The notes beneath the pieces were generated by a model. The model did not search any database. It saw nothing but the letters and a program-made list of their open reading frames with translations, and was not told the DNA's origin. A DNA stretch of 64,000 nt from Candidatus Aminicenantes bacterium UBA6228 (lineage in GTDB: Bacteria > Acidobacteriota > Aminicenantia > Aminicenantales > Saccharicenantaceae). Where the stretch lies: the NCBI GenBank assembly GCA_002441005.1, contig DJWO01000014.1:328130-392129 (forward strand), written 5' to 3'. Both the position numbers and the translations under genes were made by a program. Below are positions 17,471 to 27,908 of the stretch, piece by piece (positions within the stretch are counted from its first letter, which is position 1; the number at the start of each line of letters is the position of its first letter).

Positions 17471-20320
17471 ATGAAGAGATCTTCTGGTTTTTATTTTTTC
17501 CTGTTAAGCGTGACTCTCCTGACTGTTCTTGGCTTCATCAATATCTCCCGCAAACTGGCCTGGAAAGAACCATACGACGGAGTTATCTGGGCAGAGGGAT
17601 CGAATGGCCTGATTGCTGAAAAAGTCTCCGAAAACAGCCCGGCCTATCTGTCGGGCATCAAGCCTGGCGATATTCTCTTCTCCATCAATAGCACTCCGAT
17701 CAGGAACCGGATTGAATACGTTAAAATGCTCTGGGTGCTGGATCGCCTGGAACAAAAGGCACTCTATCAGATAGGAAGAGAAGGGACCATCCTGGCTCCT
17801 TCGTTCTATTTAGAAAAAAAGGGAGTCAGCTCAAGCTATGTTTATCTGATGCTGCTCGGATTAACCACTCTGGCCATCAGCCTGATTGTTTTCATCAATT
17901 CCAGAAGGAAATTTTCCAGTCTCTATCTGTTTTTTTACCTGGTTTTGCTATCTCTATATTCATTCTATGTCTTTTCTCCAACTGGCCAGATGGATTCGCT
18001 TGACCAGATATTTTTCTGGCTGGATAAAATAGCCATTATTGCTTTCCCTCCTCTTCTTTTAAATTTCTTCTTTATCTTCCCCCAAAAAAAAGAGATCATT
18101 GCTCATCCCGGGGTTCTGGCCCTGTTCTATCTTCCCGGTTCTATCTTGCTTTTGGCTAATATCTGCCTGGTAGCCGTCTTTCAGTCAAAACTGGGTGACG
18201 CCCAGATACTGAATTACCAGAGAATTCTGGACAAGGGTGAGTTATTTCACCTGGCCACTTATAGCCTTATAGCCCTGTTCATGATCATTTACGATGCCAT
18301 CAGTACCAGGAACCTTTATATCAAAAACCAGCTTAAGTGGATAGCTGGAGGCCTGGGGCTGGGAGCCTTGCCTTTTTCTATCTTTTATATTCTACCTTTC
18401 CTGCGAAATGCCCTGCCGTCATCAGCCGGCCAGCTCAGTGTACTTTTTCAGATTTTTGTGCCGGTCACTCTGGCTTATTCAATTTCCCGTTACCGGTTAA
18501 TGGACTTTGAGGTTCTGGTTAAAAAGGGCTTGACTCTGATTATTTCCTTCACTCTGATCGCCCTGGTCTATTTTCTGGTCAGCTCTCAAACTGAGTTGTT
18601 CTCAGAAAACAGGCTAAATGCCATTTTACTTGGTTTGCTGGCTATCATCCTGGGAGCAACTCTTTTCACTCCTCTATCAGAAATGGTTCAGACTCTGGTT
18701 GACCGGGTAATTTACAGGCGAAGTTATGAATACCGCCGGACTTTGCTGCTTATTTCGAGCCAGCTAAACCGGGAAAGAGATCTTAACCGCCTGGTCAGCT
18801 ATCTGGTTGAAACTATATCGAAGGCGCTTTCCCTGAAAAGCCTGGGGCTTTTTCTGGCGCGAGAAGAGCGGCCAGACGAGTTTTACCTTCTTCGGGCGGC
18901 AGGGGAACCTTATCTGACTTTGCCTGTTGTGCAGTTAAGTCCGGCCGAAAGTCAGGAGCTACAAAAAACGGAGTTTATATCTTTCTTGCCTGGAACTGAA
19001 ACGCCGGCTCTGGCTGGTATTTTTACTTCTCTTAAGGATAAAGGGTTCAATAACTTCTTGCCTCTCAAGCTGGAGAACAGAATAATTGGTTTTCTGGCTC
19101 TCGGGGATAAAATTGACGGTTCTTTTCTTTCGGGTGAAGACCGGGAACTTCTCCGGACAATTTCGCCTTCCGTTACTTTAGCCTTGGAAAATGCCTATCT
19201 CTATAACCAGGAAATTATCCGCTCCCAGGAACTGCAACGTCTTAAAGATTATAGCGATAACATTATCGAGAGCCTGACCGTGGGTGTGGCCGTCATTGAT
19301 GAGAGTGGACTGGTCACCGGCTGGAACCGGGTCCTGGAACAGCAGTTTGGCCTGAGCCGTTCTCAGGCTTTAAACCGCCATCTATCTGAGGTTATTGGTT
19401 TAGAGAACTTCCAGGCTATTTTTCCTCCAGAAACCCAGGCAGAATACCAGCTGCTGAGCGAAATTACTCTGACCACCGCCCCCGGCCAGAAAAAAATCTT
19501 TGATGTGGCCAGAACACCTTTGCTTGATAACCATTTCCGGGCCTATGGGACCATTATCGTTTTTGAAGATATAACTGAGAAAATCGGGCTGCAGCAGCAA
19601 ATGGTGACCTCCGAAAAACTGGCTTCTATTGGCCTGCTCTCGGCCGGCGTCGCTCATGAGATTAACACCCCGCTGACCGGTATTTCCAGCTATGTCCAGA
19701 TACTTCAAAAAAAACTGACTGAAACTAACTATCTTCAGATCCTGAAAAAGATAGAAGATCAAACTGACCGGGTCAGCAAGATAGTCAAAAACCTGCTGAG
19801 CTTTTCCCGCAATCCCGCCGACCTGGCCTTCCACCGGATTGACCTCAAAGAGAGCCTCGAAGAAATTATTTCTCTCATTGACTACCGGCTAAAAAGCTTG
19901 AATATTAACCTTTCCCTGGACTTAAAGCCAGTCATCATTTACGCCCAGAGAGAAAGGCTCCAACAGGTTTTTATTAATATCATTCTTAATGCTCTGGATG
20001 CTATGCCGGGCGGCGGGCAGCTGACCATCCAGACCAGACAGCAGGAAGCCCGGGCCATAATCAAAATAACTGATACCGGCCTGGGCATCAAGCCTGAACA
20101 TTTGCCCAGAATTTTTGACCCATTTTTTACCACCAAAGGAATAGGCAAAGGGACAGGCCTGGGTCTGTCCATCAGCTTTGCCATTGTCAAAGAACACGAA
20201 GGGCAAATCCTGGTAGACAGCCAGGTTGGTCAGGGGACAACTTTTACCATCATTTTGCCGGCCAACCTGTCCGAAAAAAACTTAAGGCCAGCTAATCCAG
20301 GAGGAATTGGTCATGAATGA
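17471..20320 (+). CDS. Sensor histidine kinase: N-terminal TM helix, periplasmic PDZ-like domain, multi-pass membrane module, GAF, PAS, HisKA and HATPase_c
   Basis: 949 aa. PDZ-like segment: GIKPGDILFSINSTPI. At least 8 hydrophobic helices follow. H-box: SAGVAHEINTPL. N, G1 and G2 boxes: NIILNALDAM, DTGLGI, GKGTGLGLSIS. A promoter-like TTGATT-17-TATATT lies at 17420-17448. Confidence 0.85.
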   Translation: MKRSSGFYFFLLSVTLLTVLGFINISRKLAWKEPYDGVIWAEGSNGLIAEKVSENSPAYLSGIKPGDILFSINSTPIRNRIEYVKMLWVLDRLEQKALYQIGREGTILAPSFYLEKKGVSSSYVYLMLLGLTTLAISLIVFINSRRKFSSLYLFFYLVLLSLYSFYVFSPTGQMDSLDQIFFWLDKIAIIAFPPLLLNFFFIFPQKKEIIAHPGVLALFYLPGSILLLANICLVAVFQSKLGDAQILNYQRILDKGELFHLATYSLIALFMIIYDAISTRNLYIKNQLKWIAGGLGLGALPFSIFYILPFLRNALPSSAGQLSVLFQIFVPVTLAYSISRYRLMDFEVLVKKGLTLIISFTLIALVYFLVSSQTELFSENRLNAILLGLLAIILGATLFTPLSEMVQTLVDRVIYRRSYEYRRTLLLISSQLNRERDLNRLVSYLVETISKALSLKSLGLFLAREERPDEFYLLRAAGEPYLTLPVVQLSPAESQELQKTEFISFLPGTETPALAGIFTSLKDKGFNNFLPLKLENRIIGFLALGDKIDGSFLSGEDRELLRTISPSVTLALENAYLYNQEIIRSQELQRLKDYSDNIIESLTVGVAVIDESGLVTGWNRVLEQQFGLSRSQALNRHLSEVIGLENFQAIFPPETQAEYQLLSEITLTTAPGQKKIFDVARTPLLDNHFRAYGTIIVFEDITEKIGLQQQMVTSEKLASIGLLSAGVAHEINTPLTGISSYVQILQKKLTETNYLQILKKIEDQTDRVSKIVKNLLSFSRNPADLAFHRIDLKESLEEIISLIDYRLKSLNINLSLDLKPVIIYAQRERLQQVFINIILNALDAMPGGGQLTIQTRQQEARAIIKITDTGLGIKPEHLPRIFDPFFTTKGIGKGTGLGLSISFAIVKEHEGQILVDSQVGQGTTFTIILPANLSEKNLRPANPGGIGHE

Positions 20321-21698
20321 AAATACTAAAATCACAATTCATGTCATCGACGATGAGCCCATAATTCATGATGTTCTGGGTCAGCTTCTTCAGTCTGAGG
20401 GCTACCAGGTCGAAATTTCTGCTTCCGGAGAAGAAGCCCTGCCCAAGCTTCAGCACCGGAAATTTGATCTGACGCTTCTTGATCTGTTAATGCCAGGCCT
20501 CGATGGCCTGGAGGTCTTAAAGCAGATAAAAAGAATTGACCCGGAGGCCCTGGTGATAATCATCACCGCCTATGCCTCAGTTGAATCAGCTTTAACTGCT
20601 ATGAAAATGGGGGCCTATGATTATATCCAGAAGCCGTTCAAAAATGATGAACTCCTGATGACTATTTCCCGGGCTCTGGAACATCGCCGCTTGCAGCTCG
20701 AAAATATCAGGCTTCAGGATGAACTGAAAAAGAAATTTAGCTTTGAAAATATCATCGGTAAAAGCCGGCCGATGCTAAACGTTTTTGAACTCATTAAGGC
20801 GGCTGCTCCGACCCGCTCGACCCTGCTAATTCAAGGGGAAAGTGGGACAGGGAAAGAGCTGGTAGCCAGAGCTATCCATACCAATTCAGACCGGGCTGGC
20901 CATCCGTTTGTCGTAGTTAACAGCGGATCGCTCCCGCCCGATCTTCTGGAAAGCCATCTTTTTGGTCATGTTAAGGGAGCTTTCACTGGAGCCGTGGTTG
21001 ACAAGAAGGGGCTATTTGAAGCTGCCGACCGCGGAACAATATTCTTTGACGAAATCTCTTCTATCAGCCTTGAAACTCAGGTCAAGTTACTGCGGGTCAT
21101 GCAGGACAGGGAGTTTATGCGCCTGGGCGGGACCAAAACCATCAGAGTTGATGTCAGAATTATTGCCGCCACCAACACTGACCTGGAAGAACTGATCGAA
21201 CAAAAGGCCTTTCGTAAGGATCTTTATTACCGGCTGAATGTCATCAAAATTGAACTGCCTCCGCTCCGGGCCAGAAAAGAAGACATTCCCCTTCTGGTCA
21301 GGCATTTCATAGACATCTATAAACAGGAAAATAATAAGGACATTGAAGGGGTCAGCGAAGAAGTGATGGAAATCCTGATGGATTACGACTGGCCGGGAAA
21401 TGTCCGCGAGCTGGAAAATGTGCTGGAGCGGGCGGTGGTTTTAAGCCGGTCAAAGATAATAACCAGAGAAGCCTTGCCAGCTTTTTTGACTGATGTTAGC
21501 CGGTCGGCTTTCAAGGAACTGGGAGAGGATAGTCTGAATTTAAGACAACGAACCCTTGACTATCAGAAACAGCTTATTTTAACCGCTCTGAAAAAATCAA
21601 ATGGCATTCAGAAACAAGCAGCCAGCCTGCTCGGCTTAAAACCGACCACCCTGAATGAAATGATCAAGCGCCTGAAAATTGATATCGAATCAGCCTGA
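20307..21698 (+). CDS. Sigma-54-dependent response regulator (NtrC family: REC + AAA+ sigma-54 activator + Fis-type HTH)
   Basis: Receiver motifs DLTLLDLLMPGLDG; Walker A GESGTGKE; sigma-54 contact motif GAFTGA; C-terminal HTH. Its start overlaps the histidine kinase stop. Confidence 0.92.
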   Translation: MVMNENTKITIHVIDDEPIIHDVLGQLLQSEGYQVEISASGEEALPKLQHRKFDLTLLDLLMPGLDGLEVLKQIKRIDPEALVIIITAYASVESALTAMKMGAYDYIQKPFKNDELLMTISRALEHRRLQLENIRLQDELKKKFSFENIIGKSRPMLNVFELIKAAAPTRSTLLIQGESGTGKELVARAIHTNSDRAGHPFVVVNSGSLPPDLLESHLFGHVKGAFTGAVVDKKGLFEAADRGTIFFDEISSISLETQVKLLRVMQDREFMRLGGTKTIRVDVRIIAATNTDLEELIEQKAFRKDLYYRLNVIKIELPPLRARKEDIPLLVRHFIDIYKQENNKDIEGVSEEVMEILMDYDWPGNVRELENVLERAVVLSRSKIITREALPAFLTDVSRSAFKELGEDSLNLRQRTLDYQKQLILTALKKSNGIQKQAASLLGLKPTTLNEMIKRLKIDIESA

Positions 21699-21717
21699 AA
21701 AACGGGCGGGACAATAT

Positions 21718-24309
21718 CTATTTTAGTTTGAAATGTCCCGGGATACGGTGACCTGGATTAATTTCAATTACTTTTAGCTGCCCGGGAATCTGGAGCTCAA
21801 AGACCTGTTCCTGATTTTCAATTCTTAGTATTCTAACCAGGCTGTCTTGATCCGTCTTGAGAATAATGACCAGAGGGAAAAGAACCGGTCTTTTGATCTG
21901 CCTGACTGACAGCTCAAGCCTGGTTTGATCATTGTCTTTCGAGATTTTTTTCTTAATTTCAACCTCAGGCAAAGCTTCTGAATCAAACCAGTCATGAAAA
22001 AACTGCCTCAAATCCTGACCGGAAGTCCTCTCCAGAGCCAGGCGAAAATCCGACGTCCGGACAGGCTTAAAAAGATTTTTTTGATAAAAAGTTTTTAAGC
22101 TTTGATAGAAAAGTTCCTCGCCCAGCAGATCTTTGAGCATGAACAGAGCCAGGGCGGCCTTATCATAAACAATCGCCTGATAACCGGTGAAATCAAGGTG
22201 GCTTAATCTCAGGCCGAGAGTTACCGGGCCAAGACCTGATTTTTTGCTTACCCACTTTGATATTTTCTTCTGCATCTCCTCACCGGCTTTTTGACCATAT
22301 TTTTGCTGGAGATAAAGGATGGCTGAAAATTGCGACAGCCCTTCAGTCAGCCAGTTATCGCGATAAGTGCCATAGGTAAGGCCGTGACCCCACCACTGGT
22401 GAGCTATCTCATGGGCCAGATAATAGCCTGGCCAATTGGACAAATCGACCGGATTGTCCGCCCTAACCCTTAACTTACCCGGGCCCTGGCTGTCAGGTTC
22501 TTCGTTCAAAACAACATAGCCAGGAGGGGAGACTCCCCCGCCGGCTGGCCAGAATCTCTGAACGATTGATAGTTGTTCATAAGGGAAATCGCCAAACAAG
22601 TTTTGATAAAATTCAAGAATCTTTCCAGCCTCTTCCAGTAAAGCCCCATTTTTAGCTGGCCCGTCTTTGGCTGCCAAATATTCAAGTCCGACCCGGCCGG
22701 TTATTTTTCGCTCCGGTTTGAAATGTCCTGCTAAAAAACTTAGATATTTTACCGGCCTCCGGCCTTGATAAATATAAACATAACTGCCAGGCCAGGCCTG
22801 GCCTGACCAGTCAGGCTGACCGGTTAACAGCTGTTTGGCCACCAATTGACCAGAAGCCAGGGCATAATAATCATCAGGAACATAAAGTTTCAAATCAAAA
22901 GTAAAATACTTTTCGGTGGCCGGAGCCGGGTACCAGTCTGAGGATGAGGTAAACAAATAACTGTCCCTGATGACCCGGGGCTCAGAATAATACTGACCAA
23001 GTCCTTGAGAAGTTAAAACATCAGTCTGAGGCGGAGGAGGCATAATCTGACCTTCATAAAATATATTGAGATTAACTCTCTGGCCTTTTGATGATTTTTC
23101 GGCCAGATAGACATAAAGGAATTTTCTCAACCGGTCGCGCGTATAATAAAGCTGCCTATTCTGATCATCAATAATCTGTCTGATTTGGAGTTCAGGATTG
23201 AGTCTCAACTGCAGGCCATCCAGTTCATCAATAACTGAAAGTAGCGTCAATCCAGCCCGGGCCGACATCAAATGATTAGCTGGCACATAACTGGCTTCAA
23301 GCTGATAACTTTCAATTTGATATTTTTCTTCAAACCTGACAAACATTCTTTTCAACCCTGGCTCTTCCCTGGCCGGAGAATAGCTGTTCAACAGCCGGTT
23401 CTGCCTTCGATCCAGAAAAATAATTTCTTCCTCAGCAAAAGGAGTATAAACATAGGTAAATTCGCCTTTCCGGCCAGCCTGTATTTCTATGACTGTTTCA
23501 TCCGATTGAGGTAAAAAGGTCAGCAGCTCTCCGGTGATTGAATTCTCAACGGTAAAAGACCTGGGATAATTCCGGGCAAAGATGGAAGCGGCCAGATCAG
23601 TCTCAGCCTGACGCTCTGCAGGCTTTTGAGACCGGGCGACAATCTCATATTTCAAATTAGCCTGAAAGAAACCGGTTGAACCCCGGACATAAAGCGAAGA
23701 TATTTCAGCTTCGAAATAAGGTTTCTTAAATCTTTGCCGGAGTTGATTTTTTTCAATTTCATCTGAAGGTTCAAATTTTACCTGGCCGCGACCGATGATA
23801 ATCAGGGCGGTATTAATTTCTGGCAGGTTATCAAGAAAAACCTGAGCCTGACTGAAGTTAATCGTTAGGTCTTTTTGAGTCAAGCTGAGGTCCTTAACCA
23901 GAAAATTACCTTTCCCCGGAAAGCGCAAGCGATAAAGCCTCGAACTGCTCCGGCTGACTCTTCTGTCAGTAATTATCAGGCCGGAAGCCTCCAGCCGGTA
24001 ACTTATCTGCCAGACCTCAATCAGAGCTGAATAGTCATTCTGAAAAACCACCTGGAAAAAAGCTCTGCTTTGATTACCGGCTTCCGAACTCTGGCCAGCA
24101 AAGAAAATTGAAACCGAATCGAGACCATCTGTTTCGAAATGTTCTATCAAATTTTCTCTTTCCTGCTGGCGAAGTTCAGGACTGAATAGATTTAAATAAT
24201 CTTCAAACTGGCGGTTCTCAAGATAGAGCTTGATTGGTTTAAGATAGGCTGGGAAATCAGGTTGGACTGAAGGGGAACCTGTCTGGAATAAAAAAATCAG
24301 GCTGACCAT
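21718..24309 (-). CDS. M1-family metallopeptidase (aminopeptidase N-like), secreted
   Basis: 863 aa with an N-terminal signal peptide. The gluzincin motif is HEIAHQWWGH, with a downstream WLTEGLSQF (HExxH-X18-E). Confidence 0.8.
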   Translation of the reverse strand: MVSLIFLFQTGSPSVQPDFPAYLKPIKLYLENRQFEDYLNLFSPELRQQERENLIEHFETDGLDSVSIFFAGQSSEAGNQSRAFFQVVFQNDYSALIEVWQISYRLEASGLIITDRRVSRSSSRLYRLRFPGKGNFLVKDLSLTQKDLTINFSQAQVFLDNLPEINTALIIIGRGQVKFEPSDEIEKNQLRQRFKKPYFEAEISSLYVRGSTGFFQANLKYEIVARSQKPAERQAETDLAASIFARNYPRSFTVENSITGELLTFLPQSDETVIEIQAGRKGEFTYVYTPFAEEEIIFLDRRQNRLLNSYSPAREEPGLKRMFVRFEEKYQIESYQLEASYVPANHLMSARAGLTLLSVIDELDGLQLRLNPELQIRQIIDDQNRQLYYTRDRLRKFLYVYLAEKSSKGQRVNLNIFYEGQIMPPPPQTDVLTSQGLGQYYSEPRVIRDSYLFTSSSDWYPAPATEKYFTFDLKLYVPDDYYALASGQLVAKQLLTGQPDWSGQAWPGSYVYIYQGRRPVKYLSFLAGHFKPERKITGRVGLEYLAAKDGPAKNGALLEEAGKILEFYQNLFGDFPYEQLSIVQRFWPAGGGVSPPGYVVLNEEPDSQGPGKLRVRADNPVDLSNWPGYYLAHEIAHQWWGHGLTYGTYRDNWLTEGLSQFSAILYLQQKYGQKAGEEMQKKISKWVSKKSGLGPVTLGLRLSHLDFTGYQAIVYDKAALALFMLKDLLGEELFYQSLKTFYQKNLFKPVRTSDFRLALERTSGQDLRQFFHDWFDSEALPEVEIKKKISKDNDQTRLELSVRQIKRPVLFPLVIILKTDQDSLVRILRIENQEQVFELQIPGQLKVIEINPGHRIPGHFKLK

Positions 24310-24571
24310 TAAACTCAGGGAACCGATAGCTTTTTTTACCCCAATAGGACCTCCTCTATTAATAGTCTAGCTGAGGAAGACCGGTTAACACACTATCCTA
24401 AAAGCAATTTTTATGCCAGTCAGCAGGTAGAAGCGGGATTAATAGAAAATAAAGTTAGAGACCAGCGGGAGTGAACCTGATTTCGAATATTCCCTCTCAG
24501 TCCGGTCAACTGGCCCCGATTAAGATTAGCCAGCCTGAATGATCAAAAACTTTACAAGTGGCAAAAAATGT

Positions 24572-25033
24572 TTACAGGCCAGATTTAGATTTCGATCCTT
24601 CTTTCTCTCTTTTCTCTTTTTTCAGGTATTCTTCCCAGGTGACAAAGCTGTGATAGAAAATAGCATCGCCTTCATCAATGCCCCGGGTAATTTCAGTAAT
24701 ATGAGAAGTCGTGGCCCCGAAGGCTTCGACTGCATAAATGACCGCTTTCTCGGGGTCACTATTGTTGCCACAGGTATAAATATCAAGTGCTCCGTATCTC
24801 ATTTCCGGCCAGGTATGGGTAGAAATATGAGATTCGGAAATCACCACCACGCCGCTTACCCCATTGGGTGGAAATTTGCTGAAAGAAATCGCCCAGACCT
24901 GCGAACCGGCAATTTCAGCTGCCTTGACCAGAATCTGCTGAACCTTTTCGACACTGCCGATTATTTTCGGATCGCAGCCTGAGGCTTCAACAATATAATG
25001 ATGGCCAATGGTGGAATGTAACTCTTTGGTCAT
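24572..25033 (-). CDS. speH: S-adenosylmethionine decarboxylase proenzyme (class 1, pyruvoyl-dependent)
   Basis: It has the self-cleavage motif ISESHISTHTWPE, with good similarity to the short AdoMetDC of Bacillus/Thermotoga. There is a Lys/Ser/Glu-rich C-terminal tail. Promoter: TTGACA-17-ATAATC on the minus strand (25063-25091). Confidence 0.85.
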   Translation of the reverse strand: MTKELHSTIGHHYIVEASGCDPKIIGSVEKVQQILVKAAEIAGSQVWAISFSKFPPNGVSGVVVISESHISTHTWPEMRYGALDIYTCGNNSDPEKAVIYAVEAFGATTSHITEITRGIDEGDAIFYHSFVTWEEYLKKEKREKEGSKSKSGL

Positions 25034-25109
25034 TCAATTCCTCCATCCTGAATTGATACCCTGATTATGGCACATCTGTTTTTCCTGTCAACAATTATCA
25101 CCGGCCGGG

Positions 25110-25550
25110 TTAAAGCGGCAATCTTGGCTCATTTTTGACCACATTCAGAACCAGATGGGTATCAGTCCGGTCGATGTATTTAAGAGAAAGAATCTTTTTG
25201 ATAAATTGATTCAAATCCTCCCGGTCAGCAAAGCAACCGATCAAAACCGAATCCCAGTCACCGGTGACATCAAAAACAGCCATGACCCGCCGGTCCAGGG
25301 CAATTTTTTTTTGCGTTTCCAGTAATTTGCCCTGCGAGATGCGGAGATTGATAACGGCCATCAGGCTAAAACCAAAATGTTCGGGGTTAAGAAGAGGGAT
25401 ATAACCTTTGATCGCCCCGGTTTTTTCCAGCCTTTTAATGGTTTTAATGACGGCTGTAACTGATAAGCCAGTTTCCCTGGCTATTTCCCGGTAGCTCTGC
25501 CTGGCATTCTGGTTAAGACTGCTGACAATTTGAAGCTCGGTCTTATTCAT
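25110..25550 (-). CDS. Lrp/AsnC-family transcriptional regulator
   Basis: 146 aa with an N-terminal HTH (SYREIARETGLSVTAVIKTIKRLEKTGAIKGY) and a C-terminal RAM domain. It is divergent from glnA. Confidence 0.85.
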   Translation of the reverse strand: MNKTELQIVSSLNQNARQSYREIARETGLSVTAVIKTIKRLEKTGAIKGYIPLLNPEHFGFSLMAVINLRISQGKLLETQKKIALDRRVMAVFDVTGDWDSVLIGCFADREDLNQFIKKILSLKYIDRTDTHLVLNVVKNEPRLPL

Positions 25551-25585
25551 TATTTTTCCTCCAGCCTGGGTTCAAACTTCTATAG

Positions 25586-25613
25586 TTGACAAACGTCATT
25601 TTTTATCTAAAAT
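25586..25613 (+). promoter_or_regulatory. Putative sigma-70 promoter of glnA (TTGACA-16-TAAAAT)
   Basis: Read directly from the sequence. The extended -35 (TAGTTGACAAAYGTCAT) is nearly identical to the one at 14173-14189. Confidence 0.5.
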
Positions 25614-25688
25614 AAGTTTAAATGTCTATCATATCATCGCCATTTTTATTACTATTATACTAAAAATCGGACAGAAAGGAAAAGGGGA

Positions 25689-27086
25689 ATGACAGAAAAA
25701 CAAGTTGAGCTCTACGGGCTAACATCTGAACAGGAAGTGCTGGAGGTGATAAATAATCCGGCTCTGAAGATAGAATTTGTCAGAATCATGTTTCCCGACA
25801 TTCTTGGCCGGCCAATGGATTTTTCCATACCCAGCTCTGAATTAGAGCGGGCTTTTTCAGAGGGAAAAGGCTTTGATGGCTCTTCCGTCGAAGGTTTTGT
25901 CCGGATTGAAGAAAGTGACCTGGTCATCGTGCCAGAAGCCAGAACCTTCCGTCTTTTCCCCTGGACATATAGTGGTTTTGACGGTCAGACCAGCTGGAGA
26001 GAAGCCATTATGTTCGGAGATATTTACACACCGGACCATAACCATTATGCCGGGGACAGCCGGTTCAGTCTCAAGAAGATGCTGGCTAAAGCCAGAGAGG
26101 AATTTGGCTTTGAAGATTTTAAATGCGGGCCCGAAATGGAATTTTTTATTTTCCCTGATGATCAGCAGCCTGTCCCAACTGATGCCGGTGAGTATTTCTT
26201 TGCAGGCCGCCACGGCGAGATCAGAAAGGAGATCCAGCTTCTCCTCAAAAAAATGGGCATTGAATCAGAATATGACCACCATGAAGTTGCCCATGGGCAA
26301 CACGAAATTGACCTTCGTTATGATAGCGCCCTGGATATAGCCGATAAAGTCATGATTTTCCGCTATATGGCCAAAAAAGTGGCCAGAATGCACAATCTTT
26401 ACGCCACTTTCATGCCTAAACCAGTCAATGGCCAGAATGGAAGCGGGATGCATATCCATCAATCCCTGTGGCGAAATGGACATAATGCTTTCTTTGATCA
26501 GGACTCAAAATATCATCTCTCAGCTGAAGCCCAGCATTATATTGCAGGTATTATGTTTCATGCCCGGGAAATCTGCCCGGTTTTCAGCCAGTGGGTCAAC
26601 TCCTATAAAAGACTGATTGAGGGCTACGAAGCGCCGGTTTATATAGCCTGGGGGCAGAAGAACCGGTCAGCCTATATTCGGGTGCCTGAATATCAACCGG
26701 GAAAAGAAAAAGCGACCAGAATTGAACTCCGCTCCCCTGACCCCGGTTGTAATGTCTATCTGGCCATGGCGATGATGCTGGCCGCCGGCCTGGATGGCCT
26801 CAAAAATCAAATCCAGCTGCCTTTACCGGTAGAAGAAAACATTTACCAGTTGAGTGCCAGCAAACAGAAGAAAGCAGGTATCCAGGTCCTGCCCAGAAAT
26901 TTACAGGAAGGCCTGAAGCTGGTTGAAAAAAGCCAGCTGGTCAAGGAAACCCTGGGTGAGCATATTTTTGAGAAATTCCTGGCTAATAAGCAGAAGGAAA
27001 TTGATGACTATCAAAAGAACGTTCCAGAAGGATATGACCGGCAAGTCAGCCCTTACGAAATAAAAAGATATCTGCCAATGCTCTGA
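25689..27086 (+). CDS. glnA: Glutamine synthetase, type I
   Basis: 465 aa with GS beta-grasp and catalytic domains. A motif of the form ...MHIHQSLW... is present. Confidence 0.88.
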   Translation: MTEKQVELYGLTSEQEVLEVINNPALKIEFVRIMFPDILGRPMDFSIPSSELERAFSEGKGFDGSSVEGFVRIEESDLVIVPEARTFRLFPWTYSGFDGQTSWREAIMFGDIYTPDHNHYAGDSRFSLKKMLAKAREEFGFEDFKCGPEMEFFIFPDDQQPVPTDAGEYFFAGRHGEIRKEIQLLLKKMGIESEYDHHEVAHGQHEIDLRYDSALDIADKVMIFRYMAKKVARMHNLYATFMPKPVNGQNGSGMHIHQSLWRNGHNAFFDQDSKYHLSAEAQHYIAGIMFHAREICPVFSQWVNSYKRLIEGYEAPVYIAWGQKNRSAYIRVPEYQPGKEKATRIELRSPDPGCNVYLAMAMMLAAGLDGLKNQIQLPLPVEENIYQLSASKQKKAGIQVLPRNLQEGLKLVEKSQLVKETLGEHIFEKFLANKQKEIDDYQKNVPEGYDRQVSPYEIKRYLPML

Positions 27087-27220
27087 GCTATCCACTTACT
27101 GGCTGTAAAATTTCTGGCTTTCGGGCAAAATTTACCGTCCCGGCTGATTCATTCCATAGACTTTGGACCGGCGGTTATGGTATAAGAATAGAAATATAGA
27201 AAGTTAATTAAGAATAAAAA

Positions 27221-27895
27221 ATGATCATCAGTATCGTCAGTTTTGTTATTTTGCTTTTTTGTATCACCATTCACGAGGCTTCCCACGGCTGGGCGGCTAA
27301 TAAACTTGGTGATCCAACCGCCATGGCTGCTGGCCGGGTAACCTTGAACCCGATAGCTCACATCGATCTCTTCGGGACAATTATCCTCCCTTTGCTGCTG
27401 GCTCTATTCCGGGCTCCAGTCTTTGGCTGGGCCAAACCAGTGCCGGTCAACCCCCGCTTTCTCAAAAATCCCAGGCGAGACGGCTTCTGGATTTCGCTGG
27501 CCGGGCCGGCAGCTAATCTCCTGGCCTCAATTGTTTCGTTGCTTTTAATCCTCCTCCTTAAAGTTATTAGCCCGGTTACCACGGCCGCTCTGTATGATTT
27601 TCTAACTTCAAGCGGGAGCCTGCCTCATGGCCTGCAACCGTTGCAGGGCTTGTTAATCATCCTGTTCTATCTGGTTCTGATTAACACTTATCTGGCTGTT
27701 TTTAATCTTATTCCGATCTATCCACTGGATGGTAGCGGCGTTCTGGAAGGCTTACTGCCGGACCGACTGGCTGATCAGTATTCCCGCCTTCAGCCTTTTG
27801 GCTTTTTTATTGTTATCATTCTAATTTCAGTTGGTTTCCTCGACCTGATTATCAGACCTATACAAATCTTTATTCTCGGTTTAATCTTTTTTTAA
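27221..27895 (+). CDS. Site-2 protease (M50) family membrane metalloprotease
   Basis: HExxH lies within a TM helix (ITIHEASHGWAA). The LDG motif is present (IYPLDGSGV). Polytopic membrane protein. Confidence 0.8.
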   Translation: MIISIVSFVILLFCITIHEASHGWAANKLGDPTAMAAGRVTLNPIAHIDLFGTIILPLLLALFRAPVFGWAKPVPVNPRFLKNPRRDGFWISLAGPAANLLASIVSLLLILLLKVISPVTTAALYDFLTSSGSLPHGLQPLQGLLIILFYLVLINTYLAVFNLIPIYPLDGSGVLEGLLPDRLADQYSRLQPFGFFIVIILISVGFLDLIIRPIQIFILGLIFF

Positions 27896-27908
27896 ACGGG
27901 ATGACAGG

